In this document: positions 14,160 to 28,334 of the stretch, in pieces
Position numbering within the stretch: the stretch's first letter is position 1
Layout of the letters: each line of letters opens with the position of its first letter
Assembly: GCA_951406725.2 (NCBI GenBank)
Contig: OX597823.1
Location: 72,664,001-72,728,000 of the forward strand
From: Octopus vulgaris
Taxonomy: Eukaryota
Reading direction: 5' to 3'
DNA length: 64,000 nt
The notes under the pieces: generated by a model
Databases searched by the model: none
The model's input: the letters and a program-made list of their open reading frames with translations, nothing else
Told to the model about the DNA's origin: nothing
Position numbers and translations under genes: made by a program

Positions 14160-14400
14160 CAGGGTTGGCTCCAAAACATCTGACAGTAAAATCAAAATTC
14201 CATAAGTACTTAATATTCAATTTTATTTATTCATTCCAATTACGAATATTTAATATTTGAATGGTGTGAGTTAAAAATCACCGTTCTTTTTAACATTTGT
14301 CTATTTTGTTAGCGAAGTCTCATTCAGTTGTTAGACATAAATAAATCTTGGAATTAAATGGTTTTGAATTACTGTTAGGTGACATTTGACAAACCCTCTG
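14160..14400. mobile_element. Degenerate Tc1/mariner-type MITE
   Basis: TA|CAGGGTTGG...CTGACAGTAA versus TTACTGTTAGGTG...AAACCCTCTG at the other end. Confidence 0.5.
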
Positions 14401-14432
14401 TGTGTGCATGTATATATATATATATATATATA

Positions 14433-15260
14433 TAGTCTCATCTATAAATATCCGGACAATTGTCATACTAACGAACCTAAAGCACGCGCTGGCCTTAGAA
14501 TTTTGCTGTGCGCGCACACTATGTTTTAACTTTCTACCTCACTTCACTGCGTGTGATCTTCGCATTGAACATGACAGAGAAAGTTGAGTAAGAGAATCTG
14601 CACCAAATTTTGACTAAATCTTGGCGATACCGGCTCAGACGCCAACGCAAATTTTTCAAAAAATTATCATCGTTAACCACACAATCAAGGAGATCTGAGA
14701 CTGAAAACCGAGTATTGTTTTGGTCATCTGAAAGCAGTTTTGGCACAAACTTAGCAGACACGCGTCTCATACCCAGTTCTTCAGTGATAAGGGCCTGAAC
14801 TGTATCGTAACTAATCTGCATATATTCTGATAACTCACAGATGGTTATTTGACGATTTCCCCTTACAGCTGAAAGCACAACTGAGATGTGTTTCTCAGTT
14901 CTGCTGGTTGCGGGTCTCCCCGAACTTTCCCCAATAGCTACATTTTTTTCAGCCATCTTGGAAGCGCCTGAACCACTCTTACAGTTGTGTGCGACTTTTA
15001 CACTCCTCCCCATAAATATTCTGCAATTTTGCGTCGTCCTCTTAACAGGTATCACCATGAAAACTTTCTTTGTCATAGTCAATGCGACGATCAGACGCTA
15101 CATACCTTTTTTTCAAGCAGTACTGTAAGTGAGCTAGAACGTTAAATCTTATTGCACATGGACAGAAGAGTTCATTGTCAATCTTTCCTAGCGGGTTCAC
15201 TCTGCGTACTTTAGCGTCGTTACTATGACAACAGTCCGGATACTTGTTGATCATATCTCG
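14433..15260 (-). mobile_element. Second copy of the same double-5'-end mariner derivative
   Basis: ORF 14534-15082 contains SGRPATSRT...ELGMRRVSAKFVPKLL; TATCCGGAA/C-containing TIR remnants at both ends; same junction as copy 1. Confidence 0.85.
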
Positions 15261-15391
15261 GAATTTTGATTTTGAATTGCGTCTTGCCAGCTTAATTATT
15301 TTCTACATACATACACACATACCTACCTACCTACATACATACATACATACATACATACATACATACATACATACATACATCCATCCATCTG

Positions 15392-15726
15392 AGACCCCTT
15401 CGGTCACGACACTGACCATGGGATTGAACCTAGAAAGTTCTCCTCCCAGGCACAAGTTCGGGTTAGGTTGTTTATGGAAAACCAGCAGCCGCTCGTGCAT
15501 ACCGGCTTCTTCTCTCCACGCCAATAGTGTTATCCAAGGGAAAGGCAAAGGCCGATACATCTTGGCACCTGCGAGGTCGTAACTCAATTCTACAGCTGAG
15601 TGAACTAAAGCATCTTGAAATAAAGTGTCTTGCTCAAGAACACAACACGCAGCCCGATCCGAGATTCGAGCACACAACCTCACGATCGTAAGCTCGACAC
15701 TCTAACCACTGAGCCATGCGCCTTCA
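15392..15726 (-). mobile_element. tRNA-derived SINE, family B-related
   Basis: Minus strand GAAGGCGCATGGCTCAGTGGTTAGAG...TTGAGCAAGACACTTTATTTCA. Confidence 0.85.
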
Positions 15727-16425
15727 AATATGTATGTATATACATACATACATAGGAATTATAACATATTGACCGGGTTGTCTCTTTTGAAATGACTTTC
15801 ACTGACTCCCATTTGCATTGTTTTCCTGAATGTCAAGTAACAGCTAAAGAGGTAAAACAACCGTGTCTTCGTTACAGACACTACAAACATTGTGTCTGAA
15901 ATATTAAATTTATTCAATCCACAATTATGATGAGTCTTATTCAACTAAACACAATAATATTCCTCTTAACACAATAAACTTTCTTCTCCACTTCAGTTAG
16001 TAGTTTCTTTCCGATATTCCTTAATGGAGCTTGTTATGTACATAAAATTTCAAGTACAATACAGCAAAATGAAAGTAAATATTTGCTACTTTTCTTTATG
16101 TACGCTCGAAAAGGTTTAAATGCAAGTTAGGACACTTAGGCTGAAATATAATCTCACTTAAGAGAAAACTATTTCCTTCTTAATTGTGGCAGACTGCTGT
16201 CGTTTTGAAACCAACAAGGGGACAAATCTATGGACAATTAAAGCGTTATATTCATTGGTCACCATTTAATTCGTAATGTAGGGCACTTGAGAGTGAGCAG
16301 GTGAAAGTAGACACACCTTTTACAGTAACCATGTAGTGTTAAGAAATATTGTACTTGAAGTACAAATATCCACCTCCTACGCTCTATTACCCTGGTCTCT
16401 TATTATTTACTATAATCGTCTATAT

Positions 16426-16461
<36 letters not shown>

Positions 16462-16593
16462 TACACAACACAATATTATAAATATATATATATATATATG
16501 CAAACATATGTATACATATATTGCATATGCATGTGTGTGCATAAATGCTTATACATGCTCAAATATATGTCAATATATATATATGTATATGTA

Positions 16594-16647
<54 letters not shown>

Positions 16648-17355
16648 ACAATTGTACATCATTGATTTTGTGTTCTGTCCATTATATTCTCAAATGTCTT
16701 CAATATTCCAACATCTCAAAGGCTGACTGTTTCATAATACTATACTTAATGTCGATGTTACAGCTCCATATAGCAGAATAGAACACAAATAAAAGCTTTA
16801 ATATCCATTCACTGGTTTAGATATTAATGTTTCTTCATGTGAAAATGGTTTTCATTTTTTGAAATGTAATTTCTAGCTATCTCAATTATTCTTTTGATTT
16901 CAACTTCATATTCCCCGTTTGCTGATTGAATGTATCTCAGCTATATTATCTTTGGTGTCTGTTCACTTGGCTTCTCTCGATTGTTATAATTATTTTGGGT
17001 GACTGTTGTTTCATACTGATTACAAATCAGTTTCCTTTCGATGCATTATTTTCATCCCACGGGACCTTCCTACATTCTTTGGAATGGAAAATGGTTTCGT
17101 CGATTCTGTTACTTAGGGTTACTGAACCTACCCAAGGGACGTAATACAGTGGAATAAATATCACAGTGTAAGCTTTCTTCGACTGAGAGATATATTGTTT
17201 TAGTTCTTTATTCATTTGTCTTATACAAACATCCATACATGCGTACGTACATATATACATACATTCATACATACGTACGCACATACATACATAGTTACAT
17301 ATACTCAAACGGAACACACATATATACCTATATTTTACATGCATGTGTTGTATAA

Positions 17356-17394
<39 letters not shown>

Positions 17395-17484
17395 TATATG
17401 TAGGTCCTGGGCTGAGTCGGGGTTAACCACAGTAAATAAGGTACTCAATACATGGAATGGTAAATTAATTTATTTTATAGAAGG

Positions 17485-17535
17485 AGCTTCTACAGGACTA
17501 GAACTGTTTCATTCAAATGAAATCATCAGGAAGCT
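17485..17535 (-). ncRNA. Type-I hammerhead ribozyme motif (left arm of inverted repeat)
   Basis: Minus strand AGCTTC-CTGATGA-TTTCATTTGAAT-GAAACAG-TTCTAGTC-CTGTA-GAAGCT. 6-bp stem I, canonical core, 4-bp stem III, GUA triplet; U-U mismatch at the base of stem II. Confidence 0.8.
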
Positions 17536-18172
17536 TGGTGTCAAGAATAGTTTTGGCATTTATACATTTAGGCAGATTTGATGGGGTGGTGGTGGGGGAC
17601 TTTTTGGGGAAGGCAGGGCACAAACTGTCTTTCTTAGGGGAGTGGTCAAAAGAGTCAGCGATAAAGTAGATAAATGAATAAATAGAATAATAGAATAGAG
17701 TTTTAGGTAAATAGGAAGACTATTGCTTATATATATATATATATATATGTGTATACATATACATACACACATGCATACACATATACATATGTATACACAT
17801 AACACACACACACATACACATACTCATACACACACACTTATATACATACGCACATATATATATACATATATATACAGATACACATACATGCCAACATGCA
17901 AGCACACGCACATATATATCTACACATACATATATATAAAAAAAGGAATATTCACACCCATACACACACACATACATATACACATGCATATACACACATA
18001 CGCATACACACACATATATATATATATATGTGTGTGTGTGTATGTGTATGTGTATATATATATGTATGTATATATATATGTGCGTATGTATATAAGTGTG
18101 TGAGTATGAGTATGTGTATGTGTGTGTGTGTCTATGTGTATACATATGTATATGTGTATGCATGTGTGTATG

Positions 18173-18218
<46 letters not shown>

Positions 18219-18409
18219 CAATAGTCTTCCTATTTACCTAAAACTCTATTCTATTATTCTATTTATTCATTTATCTACTTTATCACTGACTCTTTTGACC
18301 ACTCCCCTAAGAAAGACAGTTTGTGCCCTGCCTACCCCAAAAAAGTCCCCCACCCCCACCCCATCAAAATTGCCTGAATGTATAAATGCCAAAACTATTC
18401 TTGACGCCA

Positions 18410-18459
18410 AGCTTCCTGATGATTTCATTTGAATGAAACAGTTCTAGTCCTGTAGAACT
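18410..18459 (+). ncRNA. Type-I hammerhead ribozyme motif (right arm of inverted repeat)
   Basis: Same motif as 17485-17535, with a 1-nt deletion in the 3' strand of stem I (GAACT). Confidence 0.75.
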
Positions 18460-18463
18460 CCTT

Positions 18464-18501
<38 letters not shown>

Positions 18502-18503
<2 letters not shown>

Positions 18504-18664
18504 CGCAGGAGTGGCTGTGTGGTAAGTAGCTTGCTAACCAACCACATGGTTCCGGGTTCAGTCCCACTGCGTGGCATCTTGGGCAAATGTCTTCTGCTAT
18601 AGCCCCGGGCCGACCAATGCCTTGTGAGTGGATTTGGTAGACGGAAACTGAAAAAAGCCTGTCG

Positions 18665-18711
<47 letters not shown>

Positions 18712-18929
18712 TTCTTTGTCTGCGTTTGTCCCCCTAGCATTGCTTGACAACCGATACTGGTGTTTTTACGTCCCCGTAACTTAGCGGTTCGGCAAAAGAG
18801 ACCGATAGAATAAGTACTGGGCTTACAAAGAATAAGTCTCGGGGTCGATTTGCTCAACTAAAAGGTGGTGCTCCAGCATGGCCGCAGTGAAATGACTGAA
18901 ACAAGTAAAAGAGTAAAAGAGTAAGAGTA
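18502..18929 (+). mobile_element. SINE family A
   Basis: Colinear with 1913-2366. Confidence 0.92.
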
Positions 18930-19062
18930 AATATAGCACAAAGCAGTACTCGACCATTGCCGCAGTTGAATAACAAGTAAAATAGTGAATATGTACATTC
19001 ATATGCATATACACATGCACATACACACACACATACACACACACACACACACATATATATAC

Positions 19063-19159
<97 letters not shown>

Positions 19160-19497
19160 TTATTTCAAACAGTTTTACCTGACTCCATGCGACTTAAAGT
19201 TTCATATATGTGTGTGTGTGTGTGTATATTATTATCGAAAGCAATATAAATAGTTGATAATAACGGAAGCATTAATGGTTGCAGGCTTACAAAAAACCCA
19301 TCAAATAGCTAAAGAAAATTATATGAATTATAAGCACAAATTAAAGTGTCTACACGCAATAAATAAAAGTCGGAACCCTTATTTGGACAACAAAACAATT
19401 AACCCTGAAAGCAAGAGATTCAACAATATACTAGCAGATCGAAAAGTTTCTCACGTACCAATATAGCATAAAGCTATATATTTAATGGTACAGGTAT

Positions 19498-19548
19498 ATG
19501 TGGAGGGGTTTCTGGTTTGATACAACAATCTTAAATTCTTCAGCACAT
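19498..19548 (-). ncRNA. Decayed hammerhead-like motif
   Basis: Minus strand ATGTG-CTGAAGA-(weak stem II)-GAAAC-CCC-TC-CACAT. Stem I and core are intact; stem III is broken. Confidence 0.35.
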
Positions 19549-19689
19549 CTAACGTTTTGAAATACTTTCCGAATTTTCTACGTTGAAATCTGTTGGCGTT
19601 TTTAATTGTTTAACGGCAAAATGCGGACAGCGTCAGCGTGACAAGTACTAAACAGCAGATTTCTAGCAGATACACACTTTAATGTGCCC

Positions 19690-19880
19690 TTATGATTGAT
19701 CGCTAGCCACTAAACCATTTTCTCTCTCTCTCTCTCTGTTTATTTTTGTTGAAGAGCGTAGGCTCGAAACGTAAAAGACTTCCTCACTTCTCGAGCGTGA
19801 AATTAATGCATTTCTTTGTTGTTTACACACTCGTCACTGTCTTTTGTTTTGTTTGTTTTATTTGTAAATTCCAACTATAT
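19690..19880 (+). mobile_element. Second copy of the 25.4-kb terminal repeat family
   Basis: Similar to 25380-25565. Confidence 0.6.
19743..19777 (+). ncRNA. Minimal hammerhead-like motif, CUGUNGA family (copy 2)
   Basis: TTT-TTGTTGA-A-GAGC(GTAG)GCTC-GAAACGTA-AAAG. Confidence 0.5.
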
Positions 19881-20720
19881 ATATACATACACACACACAC
19901 ACATATATACTCTTTTTCTTTGAGGTCACTAAGAATTGGTAGTTTATTTTCTTTCTTGTACTCGATAGCAAATTTCTGTAACATAAATATAATTGGGAGG
20001 AGTCTACAATATTCAGTACTTCACTATTTAATTCACTGGCGCAAATTTATAATAATCGTATAACTAGCTTTCTTTATATGTATATAATGATGTAAATATC
20101 CTGCTGAAAACTACTTAAAGTGTTAGACCATTTAAGTTTAATAATGAATGTACTTTATAATACTATGCTACACTGCACTACTTTCAATAAGAATTTTCTT
20201 ACTGGTTGTTTTTTTTTATTTCTATAGAAACATATCTACGCGCAAATATTTATTTGTCGGGAATTGTGATACAAAACTATGAAAATCAATGCTATCATTT
20301 ATGCAACTTCCGATTTTTTTTTTATTTGCCTTTTAACACGAAATCACGAACAGCATCTTTGCTGATATCTATGACAACGAAATGTGATAATTCTTATTCT
20401 GTTTGACGGTTATATATTGAAGGAGTCCATTCATGTGTTAGTACTCATCAATATTTGTTCGTTTATATGTTGACTAATCCGAGCAAGCAAAGCATTCAAA
20501 TTTAAGAAATGTATGTGCGCAACAATTATAAACTGATATATCTTTAATCTAGTTCACGAGTTTAAATTTACCATTAAATTTCCCTGAGAATGAATTTATT
20601 TAAGACTTTTAGTGCATAATTTGTACTTAGTAAATATATATATATGTAGGTGTGTGTGTGTGCGTGTGCCTGTATGTGTAATTGATACAGAGAGAGAAAG
20701 AGAGTCCATGTGTGTATGTC

Positions 20721-20757
<37 letters not shown>

Positions 20758-20759
20758 TG

Positions 20760-21480
20760 GAAAAAAAAGTCAAGATAGAAAATGCTAAAATAATTTTATA
20801 AAAAACATTTCAGTAACGGTTTCAGTCATTGAGACTTTTTCAACTGTAACAATTAAATAATTAAATTTAGAAAAATTAGAAGAAAAGTTTTTTTTAAAGA
20901 ATATTTGTATAACGTTCAAATACAAGTGGCATTTTCCTTGTTTCTGCCTGTCTCTGTCTCTCTTCTTTACTTTTGTAGGTTCGAGGTCGTTGTGAATTTT
21001 TGGTAGGGAAGAAGAAGAAGAAGAAGAAGAAGAAGAAGAAGAAGAAGAAGAAAAAAAAAAAAGAAAGAGAAGGGAGAATAAGAATGAATGTAGGTAGCGT
21101 GAAAGTAGTGAGGTGGTAAATGACATAAAATTGGTACGTTATGGATTACAGCAGTGAGTGGGACTGTTTCTAATGAATTCCTGGGAATCTCTTGAGTGCA
21201 TCATTTTTAATATTTGCGTATGTATTTGTGTTATTCTAAGGCCGTGAATAATATGGCGTTTGTCGTAGACGCGTACAGGAGGAGCCTGAATTTTGTAATA
21301 AAGAGAGTTTCTTTACTAATTCGTTGGCTCCAGGTTGTATCGTCCCTGAATTGGTAGAGGGGAAAAATTTTGAAACTTGGATTTTTGTCGTTGGCGCAAA
21401 TGTCTATGTTGGCTGAATGCTATTTTATCTGTTTTGGGGAATTTTTATCTGGGATCTGTGCAGGTAGATTATTTCTTGTT
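20760..21480 (-). mobile_element. Penelope-like element 3' end: GIY-YIG C-terminal relic, (CTT)n, terminal repeat
   Basis: Minus strand, frameshifted: LHRSQIKFPK...SQH.DICANDKNPSFKI FPLYQFRDDTTWSQRISKETLFITKFRLLL, matching the PLE endonuclease C-terminal pattern. Confidence 0.7.
20811..20846 (-). ncRNA. Minimal hammerhead-like motif with U3-A8 core at the 3' end of a Penelope-like element
   Basis: Minus strand CAG-TTGAAAA-AGTC(TCAAT)GACT-GAAA-CCGT-TA-CTG; lies downstream of a GIY-YIG relic. Confidence 0.55.
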
Positions 21481-24406
21481 TGGCCTATGTATTCAATACT
21501 GTTCCAAGAACACACACCATAAATCACATCAGGGCACCCCGCAACAACAAGGATCAACTACATAACGGCTACCATCCCAACCACCGCAATCATTTTTTAG
21601 ACTCAATACGCAAACACAGAGACACAAGATATCACCAAACAGGCAGGAGGAACCAAAAGTGATAAAAATTATCAATCTAACTCAATGCAGATTTATGCAA
21701 GAAACGTTTATTTAGCTGTTATTTTTAGCACATCTCACAACTCCCTCAATAACAAAAATAAACGAGTAAACAAGTAGTTTTAAGTATTCAATATGCATAT
21801 AATGCAGATGCGATGAACAACACGTTACAAATTAAATATTAAAAAAAAAAACATTTTGTTGACCAGTTCATAAATTCTCATGCTCAATTGTCGACAGGTA
21901 AAACAAGTGGTTTCAAAATATTTATGAACACGTGTTTTCTCGCAGACAAAAGACTCCTCATGTTCTGCTTGTTACTATGGAAACAAGCATGAATGTGTCT
22001 GTGGCTTACGATTGGCTAAAATGACTGAAATTGTTAAACTTTTATTGCTAATTATTTATTTATTCATTTATAGTGAAAATGATTTTCACGTCATTCATTA
22101 GCCAATAAAAGTTTACCATTACACTGAATATGATATCATTTCGAACAGAATTGATGCTGGCATCCAAACGAACTAGATCCCAAATCTCTCTACTTGATGG
22201 CAATACTATTCAACCGTGATTAGAGAATAATAGCTTACGGTTAATGGCTAGAAACTGATGACCTAGTTCTGTATCAATGTCACATTGACCACGTTCCATT
22301 CTCTTATATTTTCTTCCTTTTCGTTATCAATTGATTTGCTTTGGTCTTGACAAAGATATCAATGTGAACGTGGTTCGCTCCATTTTCAGTCTATTAATTG
22401 ATCGACATCGATTGATAAAATTGGACCATGAGCGCACCCAAATTTATATCTGAAATCGTTGTAAGCTTGTAACAAAAAACAACCTATTATTTTCGTCTAT
22501 TTTATGTATCATCTTGTAAGAAAATGCCATCCCGGATATACGAATATAACTGGTGATGGACTTCGACATCAGCTTTTCACATCGATTTACCTGCAGTATG
22601 ATAGGGATTACAACATATTTTTGTTAGCCTGGCGTGTTTTTATCGGCAGAGCGATGGTTCAGACTCACTTATTAGTCCCCTTTTGAAAATGTTATACACA
22701 ACACACACGCACACGCACATACAAATACACACACATATATATATGTATCATCTTTTGTGCATGCTTAATAACTTAAGATGACGTTGATGGTGTCTAATGT
22801 CAGATGGTTAAATTATAATTTTCTGCCTCCCATAAACTTATAAACGTATATATAGATGACATTATGCTTCAGTTATGTAATTCCGTTTGTTCCCTCCGCA
22901 CTTCTCAATAACAGTATGGATAGCCTATACCTCCGATCTATTTGAACCTATCGACATCAAATTGTAATTGAGATGGAGGTTAATGTCTCTATGATAGCAC
23001 GTTAGATTTTCAGTATATGTTAACCTTAGATCGTTTAAAACTAAGTAATGTAATCCAGAAACATTATTTATTGGGGGAAAAAAAATTACAATAAACGTCT
23101 ATGCTATAGAATTGCGCATCTCAATGATACCTTTTCCCCATCTGGTTTACACATCGCTGTGGATTCTTTGAGCTGTTAATAAGCTATCTTAAATCTATAA
23201 TAATTGCAAAACAAGTTATGTTTATTTCTAAACTTCCAATATTTCTAACGATAATTTCATAAAAATACAGCGGTTATTCATTTCAATCTATTTATTCCTC
23301 CTTATTGAAAGTCTATATTTAACGTGTAAATCTATAAGTCATCAGAAACGTGGAAGTATTAAGTCTAACAATAAGCATTATTCTAACTATATTAGTAAGT
23401 AATAGTATGAAAAGTAACTTATTTTTAATCTAAATACTGCTAGGCGCCTGGCTGACATGAAAAGATAATAATGTAAGCGACTACAACACTTGTAATCCAT
23501 ACTACTACCATTATTATCGCATATGAAGAGACACAGGCATCACCTACTAGACATCGCAGCCAAATACCTTGCAAATAACTCGTTGCTCTCATAAAGGATA
23601 CATGTAACAGTATTGTCATGTATATATAGCAAAAATGTAAAGCCCAATCATTATGTCTGGAATACCTTCGTTCTTACATCTCAACCATCAGGGTTGACAT
23701 GGAACTAAATGAGAATAATAGTTTGGAGACCTAAAAGTTTGATTTTTTTCTTTTTCGTATGAAACTTCAAAATTTTATTTACTTGTTACCAAAGGAACCT
23801 ACAATGATTCGCTGGGATTCAGCATGTTAATTAATTCACTGATATGCCAATCTTAATAAAATTACTTGGGTTTAACATATAGCTTTATGTCCTAATGTTC
23901 GCCTTTTCAGTACTATGTTTCATAAGTAGTAACAAGAGGAGCTGCCATTCAATCCTTATCACTTCCTTTTTCGTTAGTGTAGAAAAAAATTATTTTAAAT
24001 TACATTTTGTATCCGTTATTGACTCGCTAGATCTCTGACAAAAGTCGTAATCACTCTTTAATTGCTTGTATACTCTAAGAATACTAGCATATATACTCTC
24101 TTAAATCTGGTAACGATTATTTTAATGTAATAAGTTCAAAGGATTAATTTTCTAACATATTTATCTGATGTTCATCCTGATGACATAGTTTTGGCAAAAT
24201 ATATAGTGGTGTTAGCGGTGGCACGAAATATCAGTGGATATAATTATTCACTATTTTTTACATCGGAGGGAACGTATTCCGTCTTCAATGTGGCGGTATG
24301 ACGAGACCCAAAAAGTTGATATATAAAATCTATGTATCCAAAAAGGATACATAAATAGGTATATAAATTATATATATAAGTATATATATGTATATATATA
24401 TATATT

Positions 24407-24441
<35 letters not shown>

Positions 24442-24469
24442 GTATATGCACGTATGTATATATCTATAT

Positions 24470-25570
24470 ATTACTGTGTTTGTGGACAGTCATTATGTTT
24501 TATTGCCTTAATATTTAACACACTCACCGGTTCGATTTCCACTCATTTACTTATATATATATACTTATATATATATACTCTTTTCAATTGTCATTCCCTC
24601 TTCTCCCTTACTCTCTTTCTCTCTTCTCTATTTCTCTCTGCTCCCTCACTCTCCTTCTCTCCTCTCCGCCTCCCTCATCCTTCTTCCCACCCAACTCTCC
24701 TCTCTTGCCCCAACTCCTACTTCTCTTCACTTCTACTCTCTTTCCCTCTTCTCTCTTACTCTCTTTCTCTCTTCCCCCTACTCTCTTTCTCTATTCCCCC
24801 TACTCTCTTTCTCTCTTTCTTTTCCCTCTTTCCCTCTTCCCTCTTCCTCTCTTCCTCTCTTCTCTCTACCTCTCTGCTCTCTTACTCTCTTTCTCTCTTC
24901 TGTCCTCCTCTATTTCCTCACATACCCACCTTCTCCTCCACCCATAAACCCACCCACCCCTACACATCCCAACTCCACCTTCCCTATCCTTCCCATCCCA
25001 TCCCCCATACTATCCGACGCCCCTCCCCCACATACCCCACACTCTGCCTACCCACAAACCCCAACTCTACTCCAACCCACAGTCGAACCCACACCCCACC
25101 TGTGCTTTCCCCACTCTCACCTCTCCCACCTCCCAACAACATCACACCACACCACACTACACCATACAACATTACACATCACATCACAACACACCACCTA
25201 CACACCCCACATCTTCACACCTATACATACATACACGCACACGTCCAGACCACCAGCCCTCTTTCACGCGCACATACATACTCTCTTATACATACACGCG
25301 CCTTTGTGTTGGGGGTCATCTTTACCTTGTTATCTCCCCTATTTTCCTCCTCGTGTTTGAACCTTCTGTCCGGCACTAGTCATCATGATAGATCGTTAGC
25401 CACTATACATCCTGTTTTTCTCTCCTTGTTTTTTCTGTGTCCCTTTCTGTAGAAGAGTGTAGGCTCGAAACGTAAAAGACTTTTTCTATTCCTGAGCGTT
25501 ATACTAATATATCTGTTTGTTTTGTACACCACCTGTCTTCGTCTTTTGCTTTTACGTAAACTCTCCCTAT
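24470..25570 (+). mobile_element. Probable Penelope-like terminal repeat with pyrimidine-rich low-complexity interior
   Basis: The 3' part (CATGATAGATCGTTAGCCACTA...GGCTCGAAACG...ACACCACCTGTCTTCG) recurs at 19690-19880 (+) and 29715-29940 (-). The 354-aa ORF is a low-complexity artefact. Confidence 0.55.
25443..25478 (+). ncRNA. Minimal hammerhead-like motif, CUGUNGA core (family copy 1)
   Basis: CTTT-CTGTAGA-A-GAGT(GTAG)GCTC-GAAACGTA-AAAG. Confidence 0.55.
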
Positions 25571-25764
25571 ATATATATACATATCTATATAATATATAAT
25601 ATTTGTGTGTGTATGTTGGTGTGTCTCTGTTATTTCTACTAAGTTCTACATCAATTTCGTTGTTCCTGATGTTCTTTTCTATACAACTGGTATATTTGAC
25701 CGCAGTTAATATGGAATATATCACAGAAATACGAGGGGGTTTTGTCATTGCTTTAAACCCGATT

Positions 25765-25882
<118 letters not shown>

Positions 25883-27911
25883 TTCCTATTTTGTGATTAT
25901 GCTTATCCATAACTTCATGGCAAGCATTTCACAAATAAGTTGAATTAGTTTTTAATACCAACAGAGAATTTTTACTACTTCGTTTATTGATTTCCTTGTC
26001 GTTTTACACACACACAAACAACAAACAGACACACACACACACCCAAACACACACACAGACACGCACGCACATAATGTCTGCACGAATTATTATTAAAAAA
26101 TTATTTTTGTATCCTTGTGGCAAATGCTAGTAATTGTTATTTCTGATGTGAAATAAATATAATGAATAAAATAAATATATTTTTCAGATTAAACACACTC
26201 ATTTCTACTTCGAAATACACGATAGATATTTGCGTTTTTGCTTCTTATCAAAATTTAATAACAATACTATCTTCCTTGCAACAGACGTAGCCAAAATAGT
26301 ACTTTACACAATATTGTCATCATTAAATATATATAGATAGTCATTCCAATTATGGATGGAATTTAACCTGCCGCAAGATAATGTCTAGTAATTTAATGAA
26401 TCTTACAATAAGCATTATTCTGTTTTGCGTAGTTTATTTCAATTTTATCAGCGCCGCTTCATAAATACTACATTAAGAAGATAGTTTGAAGAAATATGTG
26501 ACCATACACTTTGGAGTCTTGGTAACAATTCATACCTTTTCCTAGGGCCTCAACGCCAATTTCAGCGGATTAATGGATGAAAATTAAACCTATATTGTCT
26601 GTTTTCATCGGAATATGTGGTAGTTGTCAATAGATTTGAGAGAGCATATACAATGCTTTATTTATTGCTAAAAGATATTTATAAAAATTTGGGGAAATAT
26701 CGACGTAAGAATAAAATTGAAACTGAAAGAAAATCCGGACTATTCTAGTCTTGAAGTTAAAATTGTGCGACAGTATATGAGATATACGAATCTTGGTCTA
26801 AGTATTTTATATTCAAATTTCTTTGTTAAAACTTATTCCTGGCTGCAGTATTCAGTATGGCAGGGTTAGTAATATTACTAAATAAATATCGATGCAAATG
26901 AACGTGCAACAGTGATACAAAGGGATAATATAGAGTGATATTGATTTTTATGTGACAATAAATGGACATTATTAGACGTAATGTTTTATATTTTATGTGT
27001 CAATGTAAGTACCGTATCTATTCATTCCAAACTATTCACCCATCTGGAAAGAAATATTACGTAAATGTGATACAGTGAATTGGCTGATTAAGTAACTTTT
27101 CTCTTCGATTTGTTCGTACAACGTATCAATATGAATAATGATACTAATAATTACTATACAACACTAAAGGTTCAACATTACATGCTTTCTTAACTTGTAT
27201 TTCATGTGAGAAATACCATCCTAGAAAGCAAAAAAAACACTCTGTTCCATATAAATGCTCCTCTGCCAAATACTTCTATATTGAATTTCACTTAGACTGC
27301 TAATGATGTAAAGTAACAAAAAATAAGTAAAATAATTCGATAGTTTTCAAGCTCGTCGGCCTTGAAACTCCAGAGCTATTATATCTACGAGAAGGAGACA
27401 TTTTAGCATGTAATTACAACAAACATACGCAAACATGTTTTTAATGCAACTTTTACGAGGAAATGAAGTCATTTACTTTCGTAAAGTGTTGGATACCATG
27501 TATTTTTATTTTATTATTTAATTTCTTTTAGTGTTATTACATCCGGAATAAAATCTATATTACATGCCTTTTTTATGAAACAATCTCTAGTAAATGCACA
27601 CAGGTTAGATACGCAAAACTGTAACAAGAACCGTAGGACGATATGAAAATAATACCTTGGGATCAGGCGAATAACGAATGATGGAGATCAACGATGAAGC
27701 AGAGAACTCTGACGATGTGGCTTAGATGACGATGAATGCAAACACACAGCATGCGTTACTCTAATGCAAATGCTGTTATATAACTGTTATAGACAAATGA
27801 TAAAACGACAATGACAACGACAAAGTCGATGATAGCATTTTAGCGGACAATAATAAGGGAGAGAATATCAATGACGATGTGAAATACTAGTTCGGATTGT
27901 GAATAATATTC

Positions 27912-28078
27912 CAGGAGTAGCTGTGTGGTAAGTAGCTTGCTTACGAACCACATGGTCCCCGGTTCATTCCCACTGCGTGGCACCTTGGGCAAGTGTATTC
28001 TACTATAGCCTCGGGCCGACCAAAGCCTTGTGAGTGGATTTGGTAGACGGAAACTGAAAGACGCCCGTCGTGTATATG

Positions 28079-28113
<35 letters not shown>

Positions 28114-28334
28114 CTGTGTGTATATATTTGTGCGTCTGTGTTTGTCCCCCAACATCACTTGACAACCGATGGTGGTGAGTTTACGTCCCCGTAACTTAGC
28201 GGTTCGGCAAAAGAGACCGATAGAATAAGTACTAGGCTTACAAAGAATAAGTCCTGGGGTCGATTTGCTCGACTAAAGGCGGTGCTCCAGCATGGCCGCA
28301 GTCAAATGAGAAAAGAGAAAAGAGAGAAAGAGTA
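27912..28334 (+). mobile_element. SINE family A
   Basis: Colinear with 1913-2366. Confidence 0.92.

Larger units (their letters stand above)
17401..18469. mobile_element. Divergent inverted pair of Penelope-like pseudo-LTRs around a microsatellite spacer
   Basis: 17475-17729 and 18214-18469 are highly similar reverse complements, each with a hammerhead. The spacer switches from CA-rich to TG-rich. Confidence 0.7.

Noticed and set aside
22504-22686. KCHPGYTNITGDG, an EGF-like motif
   Set aside because: Only one cysteine and no supporting exon structure.
24170-24250. CTGATGA...GAAATATC-AGTG-GATATA hammerhead-like match
   Set aside because: Stem III is good, but there is no stem I and no convincing stem II; likely chance.
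24388-25452. Longest ORF (354 aa)
   Set aside because: Read-through of (TA)n, CT-rich and CA-rich low complexity inside a repeat; no domain.
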